Below, in pieces: positions 48,930-60,320 of a DNA stretch of 64,000 bases (position 1 is its first letter; each line of letters starts with the position of its first letter). The notes beneath the pieces are model-generated. The model was given only the letters and a program-made list of their open reading frames with translations. It was not told the origin of the DNA and did not search any database. Origin of the DNA: Phoronis australis (taxonomy: Eukaryota; Animalia; Phoronida); contig NMRA01000078.1 of assembly GCA_002633005.1 (NCBI GenBank), forward strand, positions 634,336-698,335. Reading direction: 5' to 3'. The position numbers and the translations under genes were made by a program.

Positions 48930-49074
48930 GGCTTAGAGAGTGAACCTCGGAGTGGTACTGAGAATGGCCAGGGCAACCCCGTTCCGGAGGATGAAATCGT
49001 GGGAGATGAGCTATCCATGCAAGAGATGTGTAAGGTCAACGTCAAGGCAGTCGCGACGCTGGACGAATATAGTG
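48930..49074 (+). CDS. Gene B exon: homolog of the acidic cytoplasmic-tail exon
   Basis: Acceptor cttacag and donor G|gtaggc, phase 0-1. Reads GLESEPRSGTENGQGNPVPEDEIVGDELSMQEMCKVNVKAVATLDEYS. Flanking intron is homologous to that around 10264-10411. Confidence 0.8.
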
Positions 49075-49439
49075 GTAGGCGAGACTTGTTTTGCATGCGC
49101 GCACCCAGCCTTTAATATGGGGAGCTCGAATTTCCGACGACGTGGACCTTTTACCGACAAAAGAGGCCAAAGGACTGAAAAAATAAAAAAATAAATAAAG
49201 TAGGTACCACGTCCAGAGCTGCGCATTGTGCCTTTGCGCCTTTTTAGTGGACTTTTTGTGTCGTTATCTGGGACTTTTTTGTTTCTCTGAGGCGGACCTT
49301 TTCTCCACTTCGCCAACTGGGCGATCAAACTCTCTGCCTGGCCACGCCCACCGTAGTACTATTGGGGCAGTTCCACAAACATAAAACAAATGTGGCACAA
49401 GAGCACTTCCACAGTTAGACCAATGCAATCAACTGAGTG

Positions 49440-49820
49440 ACCCATCTGTCACTCATTTTGCGTTGGCCATAACAAGCATGTCTAGGATTGCTTACAAATG
49501 AGATCTTTTGACGTGACTTTGCGACACAGGTTGAATTTCAGCTCCGGTAATGGAGAAGTGATGTGAGCAATTTTGCTATTTTGCATTTTTAAAAATGCTC
49601 TTTTTGTCATCGTCTGTGACCTTAGTAATGCGTTTGCAGGTTGGGTGGTGCCAATGGATGAGATGTGTGTTGAAGAAAAAAAGGCGTCTGAAACGGAAGA
49701 TACTAGACTGTAACTGTGGTGACGAATTTCCGTCATAGTGAATTTTGTTACGAGATTTTCTTTGTTCTAAAGTCGCTTGATTGTAATTTTGTAAATATCG
49801 CGTGTGCATAATATTCATAT
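49440..49820 (-). repeat. Dispersed repeat, copy 2 (inverted relative to 19850-20260)
   Basis: Reverse complement aligns with 19850-20260. The spurious ORFs MHTRYLQN... and MHTRFLQN... mirror each other. Confidence 0.8.
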
Positions 49821-51304
49821 CTTTGTTGAGTTTGCGTGGAAGTCGTTACGTGCAATTTGGAGTGGAATACATATCGCGGTTCTAAGGCTTGTCGTGAATT
49901 ACTTCAACTTTTAACTCACTGGTACTACATGCAGATATGAGTCACCATTTTTGTTATTTGCAAGTCACCGTGTTCATTTTATGTATAATTTCTACATTTG
50001 TAGTGCCAAAGACCCTTTATTTGTTTTGTCAAAATGCTATTAAACAGATCTGCTACAAGAATTTGCCAAACATTGGATTTGCCGTTTTAATCCATAACCT
50101 CTCTGACTCGTATTTCTAGTATGATATTTCCCGACATGTTATTTTCTATTTTATTTCTTGTTTGCCACCCAAATAACGAGATCGCAATTTCCAGTTGTTA
50201 CGAACTGATAGCTGGTATCTTAGGATAATAGCCAATTCCTTGAAGCAGTCAGAAAATCAAATGTAATTTTGCATAACGCACATGCAACATCTCTTCCAGA
50301 CAGCCGGTATTACTGGTACTGGTTGCAGAAGTTAGTTAAAGCTTTATTCCTCCGTGCTGTTCGGTTTAATTTCAGAAGGTCGTTACTTTTAATCTTTTAA
50401 ACCCACACCATGTCGGACTACATCCTACGCTTGTCATTTTGCGCAGTTACTCAAAAAAGGTAACTGGAATTCTTGATAAATTTCTCGAGGTATTCAATCT
50501 TTGAAAAAATTATGTCATGTGGAACAACTGAAGAAATTGTATGCGCTTTATTTCTGGCCATTCCCTCAGCAATGATTTTTTGCAATTTGACGTGCTGAGT
50601 TGGTGCACCAAGTTCAACTTTGTTAATACATGTATGTTATAAATTATAGTTTTGTACATGCTAATGATAGTTAAGGTTCTTATAGTTGTTATAACTGCAT
50701 TGTGCATTTGAATTATTACATCATTTAGTTGGATAATGAGATATTTACTGGCAATGGTATGAAAGATTTTGCTGGCCTGTAAATTGTTTATTATAACATG
50801 TTCTTATATAAAGTGTTGCCGTTTGCGTCACAGGAGTAGTTAAGTGAAAGAGACTTGCACTGTTACTCCCTCGGCGCGAGGACGGATCATTACAACTTTC
50901 CTTCCTTCAGTTATCATTCCAGTGAAAAGTGTCGCAGGGGTAGGAATCTCGCTAGCACAGTTAGTGTTGTTACGTGTTTCGCTTGCAGTGCGTGGCAATA
51001 ATGACGTCTTGCGAAATCTTGCGAATTCTTGCTTTTTTGCAAGAAAGTTGGATTACGGAGCGCGTGCCAAATAGAGGCGCGGTAGCACAACATCTAAAGA
51101 TACCAAACCCGCGATTTTGGCGAATTCCCAGATATCAACAATTACTTTCCATTCAGTCCTCAGAATCAAAATAATGCTCTGTAATTCTCGATAACCCTCA
51201 AGAGTTTGGAGGAATATTTGAAAACTGCTTACAAAGTCTTGTAAACACGGAGCGTGATCTACGCTTTAAGGTGAGTTACACGACAACTGTGGAGAAAGAC
51301 CATC

Positions 51305-51500
51305 ACATACATCTACAAATACACACTCACATACATACATACATACATACATACATACGTACACACATACATACACACATACATACATACATACCTACAT
51401 ACATACGCACATACATACATACATACATTCGTACATAACTAAAAACATGCACATGAATACACAACTACATACCACCACATACACATATGTACATATGAAT
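51305..51500. repeat. (CATA)n microsatellite at the 3' end of the adjacent minus-strand LINE
   Basis: Long imperfect ACAT array directly downstream, in element orientation, of the LINE fragment. Confidence 0.9.
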
Positions 51501-51559
51501 AAAAAATAGTCTGATATGGGGATACTGGATGTAAAATTGCTAAACAGAACACATCTACG

Positions 51560-52260
51560 TGAAGTTAAATCTATTTCTTATAATTCTTCTAGAGGTTATA
51601 AAGGATGATGCAGATTTGGCATCTGCAGGGAGAGAGTTCCATAAATTGGACCCGCTGTAGGAACATGATTTTTCCCAGTTTCGTTTTTGGGTTTAGGAAG
51701 ATTGAAATTTGATGATAATGAGGACCTAGTATTGTAGCGATTAGTAGTCATCTTAAATTTAGCACTTAAGTACGTTGGGACAAGTCGTTTGAAACATTTG
51801 TACATACAACGAGCTGAAAGGAATTGATATCTTGTGTGTATTTTCATTATTCCAGTCTTTTTATGAAGGTTTTCGATGTTAATATCTCTAACACCAGCTC
51901 ACAGAATAATCCGGGCAGCCCTATTTTGGATAACTTCGACGGTTTTCATATCCTTGTCTGATGCAACGCCCCACACTGGGAGGCAATAATCTAAGTGAGG
52001 TTGAATGATAGCATTAAAAGGGTTTTCAGAGTTACTCTGTTCACAAATTTACTGATGCGTTTCAATACGCCAATTTTCTTTGACACCTTTTTCGAGACTT
52101 AATCAACGTGGTGAGAGAATTTAAGATTTTGATCATATATCAGTCCAAGATATTCAAAGGAAATCACTTTCTCAGTTGGTCTTCCATCCATACTTAATGA
52201 CAGGATTTGGTTTCTAAGTCTTCGGGACGTGCCAAATAAAGAGTTTTAGTTCACGTTCAA
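51560..52260 (-). mobile_element. Degenerate CR1/L2-type LINE ORF2 C-terminal fragment
   Basis: Minus strand reads FEYLGLIYDQNLKFSHHV, IIQPHLDYCLPVWG...IQNRAARIIL and MYKCFKRLVPTYLS...YNTRSS, with frameshifts. Confidence 0.85.
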
Positions 52261-54239
52261 GCTACCTTGAAACGCCAATTAAGTCCTACTAGCTGGCCAA
52301 AATTTGCACATAGGGCAGTTACAACTTTACATCGAATGCGTAATAAAGAGCAGTTCGACCTTCTACTGCTGCATCGCTTCCATCGCTCAAAATGACTCTG
52401 CAGATTGAATCTACAGTAAAAACATGCAAAGCCGAAACTTCCTTTCAGGTGGGATAAAGTTGAAAAAAGTTAATATGGTTTAGTTTATCAAATAAAATCT
52501 TATTTTGAAATGAAATAGTGGACTTATCGTACTATAAAACATATCGAATTGAGAAAATGCAAGGCATCTAGAATCCTTCACAGCCAAATTCCTAAGTTCT
52601 ACTCAAATGTTGGTCGTACAACTGAGGTCAGGTGCATAAAAACACTCTTTTTATCGTGAACCAACCTCAGAAGTTTTCAAAAAAGGAAAACATCGAAACT
52701 CGACAACTTTCACGCACAAAACAGTGACTAAATATCCACTTCTTTTCCACGAAAACAATTCTCGGTGTCTCACCAGGCCATGGTGTTGCACCTCGCTCTA
52801 AGTTGCCTCCAGTGTCCATTAATTTCACAAAAAAATCATAATAGCGGCAAGGCAAAGTAACTTCATATTGGATTCTAGTATTGGACAAAAATGCTATTTA
52901 ATCAATACAAAGGTTTGATTTAACGACGAGAAGTTCGTCCAAGTGTGGTAGGGTCTAATGGAGTTCTGTCGAAGCCTAGTTTATTTAGAAAACTACTGTA
53001 CTGACGATTGGGAGCAAATGCACCTAAGTGGTAACCAAATATTGGTGTAAATTGTGGATTTAAAATGTTACCTCTAGGCCAATTATAAACGTAAAGAACG
53101 ACACGCTAATGTTTGTGTTATAATTCTATATTATACAAGCAGTCCTGCGCCTAATGTGACATGTAAGACTGACCAGTGACCATCATGATTATTACTTAGT
53201 AAAAGCATTGATCGTGTATAGCACAGGCTGACGAATTTCCCAATGACTCATAGCCACACGTTTGATTACAGTGAGTTGTGTCAGTGGTAATCGAGGAGCA
53301 GATAAACTCAAGGGCCTGTGGTGCACAGTGTGAAACAGAAAGACAATCAATAGGATACAGTAAAATACATATTATTAAGAGCTGTGTAAAGACAATATAA
53401 GTTAAAACTAACAGTTGGGCGTGAAATCGAATTAACTGGACCTGAAACAAATATTGTGCATGGCGTTTTTAAGCAATATCGTTGAGAATCCCTAAATCAA
53501 AAGTCAGTAGCAGGCGGACTAGCTGTCTATTCTGTGTTTAGTTCTGTAGAGCTGTGGCCTTCGGAAGGGCAAAATTAATGACATTTTACTGGTCGTTGTC
53601 ACCTCCTAAAGAAGCATTTTGCCACCGCTAAGCTATCAACGTTGAATTCTTAACCAAAGCATTTCGGGGTTTGAAAGCATTGCAAGACTAATTTTTGAAT
53701 CATTGACTCCAATTACAGGCAATGCAGACATGAGCCATATTGGAATTCACAATTTTAGAGTAAGCCAAGGCCAATAAAGTTTGATAACTTTTCTTGGGTA
53801 GCTAATTGTTTCTGAAATCCTTTCAGGGTAAGCAAATTGTGAGAACAATTTTATGAAAGTGAAAGGCCTAATTCGATTTTCATTTTTAGCCAGCTTTAGT
53901 AATAGTAAATCCCAGGAATCATTTGCATAGATAAAAGCTTATGGCCATTCATGGAATCATGCGTTTCTTAGTTTTTGCGGATTCTGTACATTTTTCTTAA
54001 AGTTGCAGTCTTTCAAAACTTAAGGCTTGAGGCTACTTTAGATGCACGATTTTGTTGAAAAAAATTAAACTACCTTAAAGGCATCAAATGTTCAGTTAAC
54101 AGTTCAAATGACCCCAACACTATTCCATACAATGTACATGGCTTCAGAACAGCTTCAAGAGAGTCAAAATGAAGTTGCAACACAACACAGACCCACAAAG
54201 CAATGTTCAATTTGTTCAATGTGCTAATCAGTGCACAGT

Positions 54240-56195
54240 TCAAATATCAGCGTACTTGAACACCTTCACCTTACCACTAGAGTCCTCCAACACGGCCACT
54301 TCACCAGGACCAGTAACAGCAAGGTCAGTAGGACAGCTGACGTCATCAAATGTAATGAGCACACGTGGGTGCTCTGACTGATCTGACATTAACACAACCT
54401 GGTTATTATTGTAGTCAGCAACAAGAATGTGTCCCCACTCATCAACACATACACCCCATGGATATGCACTCAGTCCTTCACTGAATGTTTTTACTATGAC
54501 TGACTGTTTGTAGTCAATAACGTGTACACAACCTTGACCATGATCACTCACCACCAGATGTCCCTCTTTGTCTACACACACATACAATGGTGAGAATGCA
54601 CTCAGTCCAAGTGACACCTTAGTGATCACTTTATTAATGTTACATTCAAAGTCAGCAATAAGAAGTCGTCCACAACCACCACGATCTGTCACAATAATCT
54701 GGTCATCATGACATGTGATACCACTCTCACCACTACACACATTGGGTGTGACCTTCATCACCTGACCCTTACTATTGTACCTCACCACACCACCAATACT
54801 ACTATATGTAACAAATATATCACCCCCATCAGTACATGTTACACTCCTCGGGTACTGTAGGTTATGTTGACCACGACCCATCTGAAACACTAAACTACCA
54901 CTAGACCTGTCAAAGACTTTAACTTGATGACTATTGAAAAATGTAGCAATCAACCAATCATCATTCAGTGTCAGGCCACAACGGAGATCATTGTACTCCC
55001 CTACATTCTGCGAGTTGAGCATATCGTAACTGTGCACTAGTGCCACTTTCTCCCTTATAACAGGCTGATGACGTATCTCTGACACCCACAATGCAACACG
55101 CTCTTTCTCATGCTCTGTCAATGTCTTTCTTGTCAAATCAGGGATTGCCAAAGTGCTCGGATGCTGTCTGAACACTGGTTTGATCACATCTTTTTCCATC
55201 TTCCGAATGTCTAGGTTATCGAGTCGCGCTTTAATGTCCTGAAATTGTTGCAGTTTTTCAACATCCTGTGCAGAGTCGAGGATTTTCTGGCAATATTTCA
55301 AAGTGCTACTTATGTTCACTCTGCTGAACTCAGCTTCATTGTACGCCATCTCAGCTTGTTTGCGGGCTTTTGCGATCTCCACTTTCAGTTCCTCAATTGA
55401 CTGATTCATCTTTGATTCAATTTCAACCAAAATGTCCTCTTTAAATGTGTTGTACACTTGTTGTATTTCGTTAATCAACCGTTCTTCCTCTTCAACAAGA
55501 TTGTCTAAAACTTTCTTCCGTTCTGCAGACAACATAATGGAATGATCTGAAGCCACTGTCCAGGGCTTCAGTAAACCTTTCATGACTTCACCAGCTTCCT
55601 CCGCAGCTTCTTCTAGATTTTTCAACTCGTGTTGTTTATGTTCAAGCATTGCGCACAAGAGACAAAGAGGTTTTACGCAATTTTTGCAGTAAATCTCCAA
55701 CGTCTTCTTGGCGTGTTTTGAGCAGTGAATTTGCTGAAACTGGCGAATTTCCTCCAAGTGCTGACCGCTCCTGACTTCCTCCAAACTGACCACATGGTGT
55801 TCGACAGTCAGTTTAGTTAAACAATGAATATCCGCACATCGTTGACACAGGTGGTCCCTACACTGAATGCACATAGAGGTAGCCGAGTTGTCGGCGCCTT
55901 GAAGCTTACAAAAGTCACATTTGACTTCGGACACTACTGGGAATAACTCACTAATCTGTATCAGGTAGAAGTTAGGTTTGAACCCTGTCACGCCATCTGG
56001 TGGAACCTTGAACAACAATGTGCACACTGGACAAGGGAAGGAGCCGTCTTTTTGTTTTTCGTCCATGTGTTGCCCAATGCATTTTCCACAGAACGAGTGG
56101 AGGCATGGTAAACAGCGTGGATCTGTGATACGTTCCAGACAAATTGGACACTCTAGTGTTCGCTGAAAGTTTTCTTCGTCAGAGCATTCAGCCAT
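54240..56195 (-). CDS. TRIM-NHL-type E3 ubiquitin ligase (RING, two B-boxes, coiled coil, NHL/beta-propeller; TRIM2/3/56-like, no filamin domain), ~651 aa, single coding exon
   Basis: RING CPICLE...LPCLHSFCGKC...CPVC. B-box 1 CDFC...CIQC...LCQRCADIH...H. B-box 2 CSKH...YCKNC...CLLC...H..H. Helical region, then NHL repeats (YPRSVTC..GDIFVT, PLYVCVDKEGHLVVSD, YPWGVCVDEWGHILVADYNN). The true start is probably ATG 56195 (ACAATGG) just after a ttttattacag acceptor; the 41 upstream residues of the ORF are intronic. Confidence 0.93.
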   Translation of the reverse strand: MAECSDEENFQRTLECPICLERITDPRCLPCLHSFCGKCIGQHMDEKQKDGSFPCPVCTLLFKVPPDGVTGFKPNFYLIQISELFPVVSEVKCDFCKLQGADNSATSMCIQCRDHLCQRCADIHCLTKLTVEHHVVSLEEVRSGQHLEEIRQFQQIHCSKHAKKTLEIYCKNCVKPLCLLCAMLEHKQHELKNLEEAAEEAGEVMKGLLKPWTVASDHSIMLSAERKKVLDNLVEEEERLINEIQQVYNTFKEDILVEIESKMNQSIEELKVEIAKARKQAEMAYNEAEFSRVNISSTLKYCQKILDSAQDVEKLQQFQDIKARLDNLDIRKMEKDVIKPVFRQHPSTLAIPDLTRKTLTEHEKERVALWVSEIRHQPVIREKVALVHSYDMLNSQNVGEYNDLRCGLTLNDDWLIATFFNSHQVKVFDRSSGSLVFQMGRGQHNLQYPRSVTCTDGGDIFVTYSSIGGVVRYNSKGQVMKVTPNVCSGESGITCHDDQIIVTDRGGCGRLLIADFECNINKVITKVSLGLSAFSPLYVCVDKEGHLVVSDHGQGCVHVIDYKQSVIVKTFSEGLSAYPWGVCVDEWGHILVADYNNNQVVLMSDQSEHPRVLITFDDVSCPTDLAVTGPGEVAVLEDSSGKVKVFKYADI

Positions 56196-59100
56196 TGTCT
56201 GTAATAAAAAATCAAAGAAATTTGAAAAAATAAAATAAAACCAGGAAGTTGGTTTGCATGCTTTTTTAATACATTTCCTTGATCGTGCAGCATTATGCGT
56301 AAATAGTGGATTCCACATATTATTATGTAACGATGGATCAATCCAGATAACAAAATATCAGATTTCAAACACCACCAATTACTATTTTGTTCTCTGAATG
56401 GCTAAAACACCATCAGATTGTTTTTAAAGTTATGTAAGACCCTGGAAAAGCGCCCAAATTTAGCCAACTTCATAACACAATCTTGATTCATAACTTTCAG
56501 ACACAATACTATATGCACTGTTAACCAAAACAATGTTAGAAATTGAGGGTTCATCAAAAATAGCACTTCTATGATTGTCACTAACAAATTTATGAAAAAA
56601 AAATATTTGTGGTTACTTTAATTTAGTTCAATCCATAAGCACCAGAAGACCCCTAAAGCAAAAGAATTAATTTTAGAACCATTTTGATTTTAAAAAATTG
56701 TTTCAACTAATTACATGGAGGCATAAAAGTTAAACAATCCCGATAGAACCAACAATAATAGACTTTTTCCCCGCTTCTAATAACCTTAGCCACACTGTCA
56801 GTGACCTAATTATTCAAAGTCGTTATTTCTCCGACTGTAAGGTGTTCCACTGTGTGTCAAATTAAAATTTAGAGAATCTACTTCGGGAAAGTATCTGTGG
56901 AATTTCAACAACAGTTTGTAAGATGACACGAAATGCGTTAAACAAATTAGAAGCAAAATAAATTGGAAAATTCATTTATGATGAGGATACAGAGGAAGGC
57001 ATGCAAAATAATGAGATCCAATTTAGAATTGATGATAACATTATCTTCAGATGTATTATTTAAGAGAACAGATAATTGCTTCATCAATGAATAAAAAGAA
57101 TTTTCGAGTCTCAGACAGAACAGAAACAAAACTTGAAGTAATATTGTATTTGGAAAACTTTCCTTTTCTTGATAAATATGATTCAGAAACTTTGTAAAGC
57201 AAATGAACCGACTTGTTAAATATAAGAAAAGAAAAGAAAAAGTGGTCAAATTATTCACTAAAAGGCAAACTTGGTTGAAAACAAAGAGCACTCAACAAAA
57301 TACTTCAGTAATCTAGAACATGGACCTTGTTACAAATCAATAAACTTGTTTATAGCACCGAATTACATTCCGAACATGTACATCTGTCACACTCATTGAA
57401 CTTACATGTAGCAGTCTTACAAAATGACTTCAAGATATCAAAAATGTGTGTGATGTGCTTCACAAAAAATCCACTATCAGCATAAAAAACAAACCTTTTC
57501 TACAATTCACAGAAAATTAGTTGTCCAATTTTTATTCAAACTGGAAATTCAAATTCTCTGCACATGTCTGCCAATGTCCTCATCAAACGAAAAGAAAAAA
57601 ATTGACATGTCATGCATTGAAAGACACCAATCATTGGTGTCATTGTTGATGAAACCTTACACTTAATGAATTTATTACTTTTTAGTCAAAAACAATGTAA
57701 ATCACAATTAACCAAAATGTTGGTCTCAATGTGGATTGCCCTTGGCATTCGCTGGATCATCATGTACCAGTATGTCTGAGCCCATAGAAATGTTTACGAG
57801 TGGAAAATTCGTTTTCAACCCTGCTTGTGTAAAATTTAGGTGGACAACGCAGTTTCACATCCATGCTGTACCTGTCTAAGGTTGTCATAGACTTTTGACA
57901 GTGTTTCAGAAAGAATTACAAGCAGCTTTCAGCTGTCATACAACTATAGAGTTGTGTATAGTGATCTCAATAGTAGCTCAGGTGAACAAGTGGAGTTGAG
58001 CCTACAGTCCCATCATTCAAAAAGACAATCTCAATATAACAAAGAATTGCTCCTCAAGAATTTCATGTACTGTATACACTTATGTATGTACAATCTGCAT
58101 TTCGAAGTAAAAGATAAGAATAAATGCTATAGAAATATGCCCTCGCATCTGAAAGGAATCGAAAGCAGTAAATGTAGTTCTGTGCCTAATGGAGACAATC
58201 TCCAAGGTGCAGTGAAAAACTTCTGCGGTCCGTCATGACCATAGTTTCACGAGCATAAGACGTGCGCCTTCATTAGGATGTGTGCACCAGTAAATATTAA
58301 CATAGAAGTCACCAAAAACAACAAGTGAAGAAATTAATCTCTTAAGTAACTCAGATATGTATGCCACATATCTGGTCAACACTGCTACTGTATTGTCGAT
58401 GCACGTCTCTCTATTCCTGCTAGGGTTCAGTTTTCGGTTTTACCCAGTGTTCAGGTGCTGACCGGGAAGTTCAAGTTGGTCTGTGATGATGTACGGATGT
58501 GAGTGGAGATTGTTACAATAAAACACTGGTAAACTGTTAGCTAGACACTGGTGCTGAACATTCTAAAGTTCATATGTCTTCAAACTACTGAGCAAGTGGT
58601 TTGTTGATGTGGTGAGCGCATTCAACTGTGAAGACAGCTACGTCTGCTCTTGTGCGTGGAACTCGTCTGCAACATTTAGCGGGAAGCTGTGGACAATGTG
58701 GGGGCAACTAGGTGATGACGGCGACTCGAGATACCACAAGCTCAAGTGATGGTGTTGGCGTTCGTCCCAGTCTTTGTCCTTGTGCTATATTTTGTATAAC
58801 TTGTCAAGTGTTTGTAAACGTTAATAGATGTAAATATTGTACGAAATCACTAGAGGAGTAGTTATATTCGTTTACATTACCGTAACAACACTTATTTAAG
58901 CATGCAGGTTTAAGAAGACGAATGTGTAGCCTCTCTAACCCTCTCATTAAGAAAACACGCCGTATGGACGCAGGAGTACATGCATTATGAGATTGAAGAG
59001 CTTGAACATTAGCTAGTTTAATCACCATATATTTAAGACCTCTATTCATATCCTAATACGGAGGCTCTTAATAAAAACAGCAACAGAAAATCAACCGCTC

Positions 59101-60060
59101 CATTTATAGTCAGGTGCAGAATTTGTTGGCGGGAAATTCTGAACAATGAACATGACAGGCGTGAGCTGTGAGTCGCGGCACGCTTATGCTAGTTAGGTAC
59201 AGCCAGATGTCAAAGAGGAAAATCGTTTTAATGGTAGTCAAATTAAATGAGAATTTTTGATTTGAATGTGAACGCTATCACAACATGTTTTGTCCAACTA
59301 ATGGCCCTGCATTAACTTAAGCCCGCAAAGTATCTAATAAAATTCATTTAGGAACGGTTGTAACATCACAGTTAAGCTGTTCAAAAAACAACTGCTGCAA
59401 TGTATCATTTGCACATAACAAAGCATGGCCTCAGGTCAGTTTCATGTTCCACTCAAACTCAGGCTGGGTGAGAAGGCAAAATATCACAAGAAAAGATAAT
59501 AGTTTCTATGAATTACATGCACAATTTAATTGACTGGCCTGCTGACCTAAATATTTTTCAAAGAAATCTTTCTGGGAGACACCAGACCATCAGAGATGGA
59601 ATTCAAAAACTAACTTCAATCAATGTTCCTTGCCAATAAAATGCATCGTATAAAAATTACAGAACACGAAAACAGAAGGAACTTATCAAATTTAAGAAAG
59701 TTGTTTCTTAACTAAGTACTCCACGGTCCACCGTTCAAGAAACAAGAGATTTATCATGTATACACTGTTCAAGAGATTTATTAGATCCGCTCAAGGATCA
59801 AGGATTACTCCTAGATTGAACGGTTAGACGTCGAAAACGAAGCACTTTTATCACGTTGCAGGTAAACTATATTATTGCTTCACTCGACTCAGTCAAATCT
59901 CCTTATGTTCTCACGACTAAAAAGGTAGGCTACATTTAAAACCTTTTTCGAAGAAATCTTGCGAGACATCCACCAATCAAAATATCAATGGTCACATAAT
60001 ATACATAAAGAAAAAAAACATTAAACAAGTATCGCTCTACATTGCTGAAATGAAATCCAC

Positions 60061-60320
60061 CTTACCCCAACTCCGGAACACAAAAACTGAGAGTAATCGT
60101 CAAAATTAGTAGTTATTTCTCAATAAACTCCAACATCATTCCACGGTCGCCGCCCTCTCGGCTTCTCTTCCAAGAAAAATGGGTCATGTGTTGAAAACTG
60201 CGCCATCAAGCGGTAACTTTCAAAAGTGCGTTAGCGGTGCGCTTTTGACACGCTAACGTTAGAACCAGTGACTATGAAACCTGGGCCTGTCTGATGTATA
60301 TTTGAGCAGGATCGTAAGTT
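60061..60320. promoter_or_regulatory. Candidate bidirectional promoter with a noncoding first exon of the TRIM gene
   Basis: CpG-richer island. Minus-strand donor GG|GTAAGG at 60065 and plus-strand donor GTAAGT at 60314 face away from each other. A CTCF-like motif (CCGCTTGATGGCGCAG on the minus strand, 60198-60213) lies between them. Confidence 0.4.

Noticed and set aside
56196-56318. 41-residue N-terminal extension of the 692-aa TRIM ORF
   Set aside because: It spans a polypyrimidine tract and acceptor and starts at a non-ATG codon. It is intronic read-through of the ORF finder.
58250-58830. TG-rich segment with AATAAA, possible solo LTR
   Set aside because: No TG...CA boundaries with TSD, no PBS/PPT and no second copy could be established.
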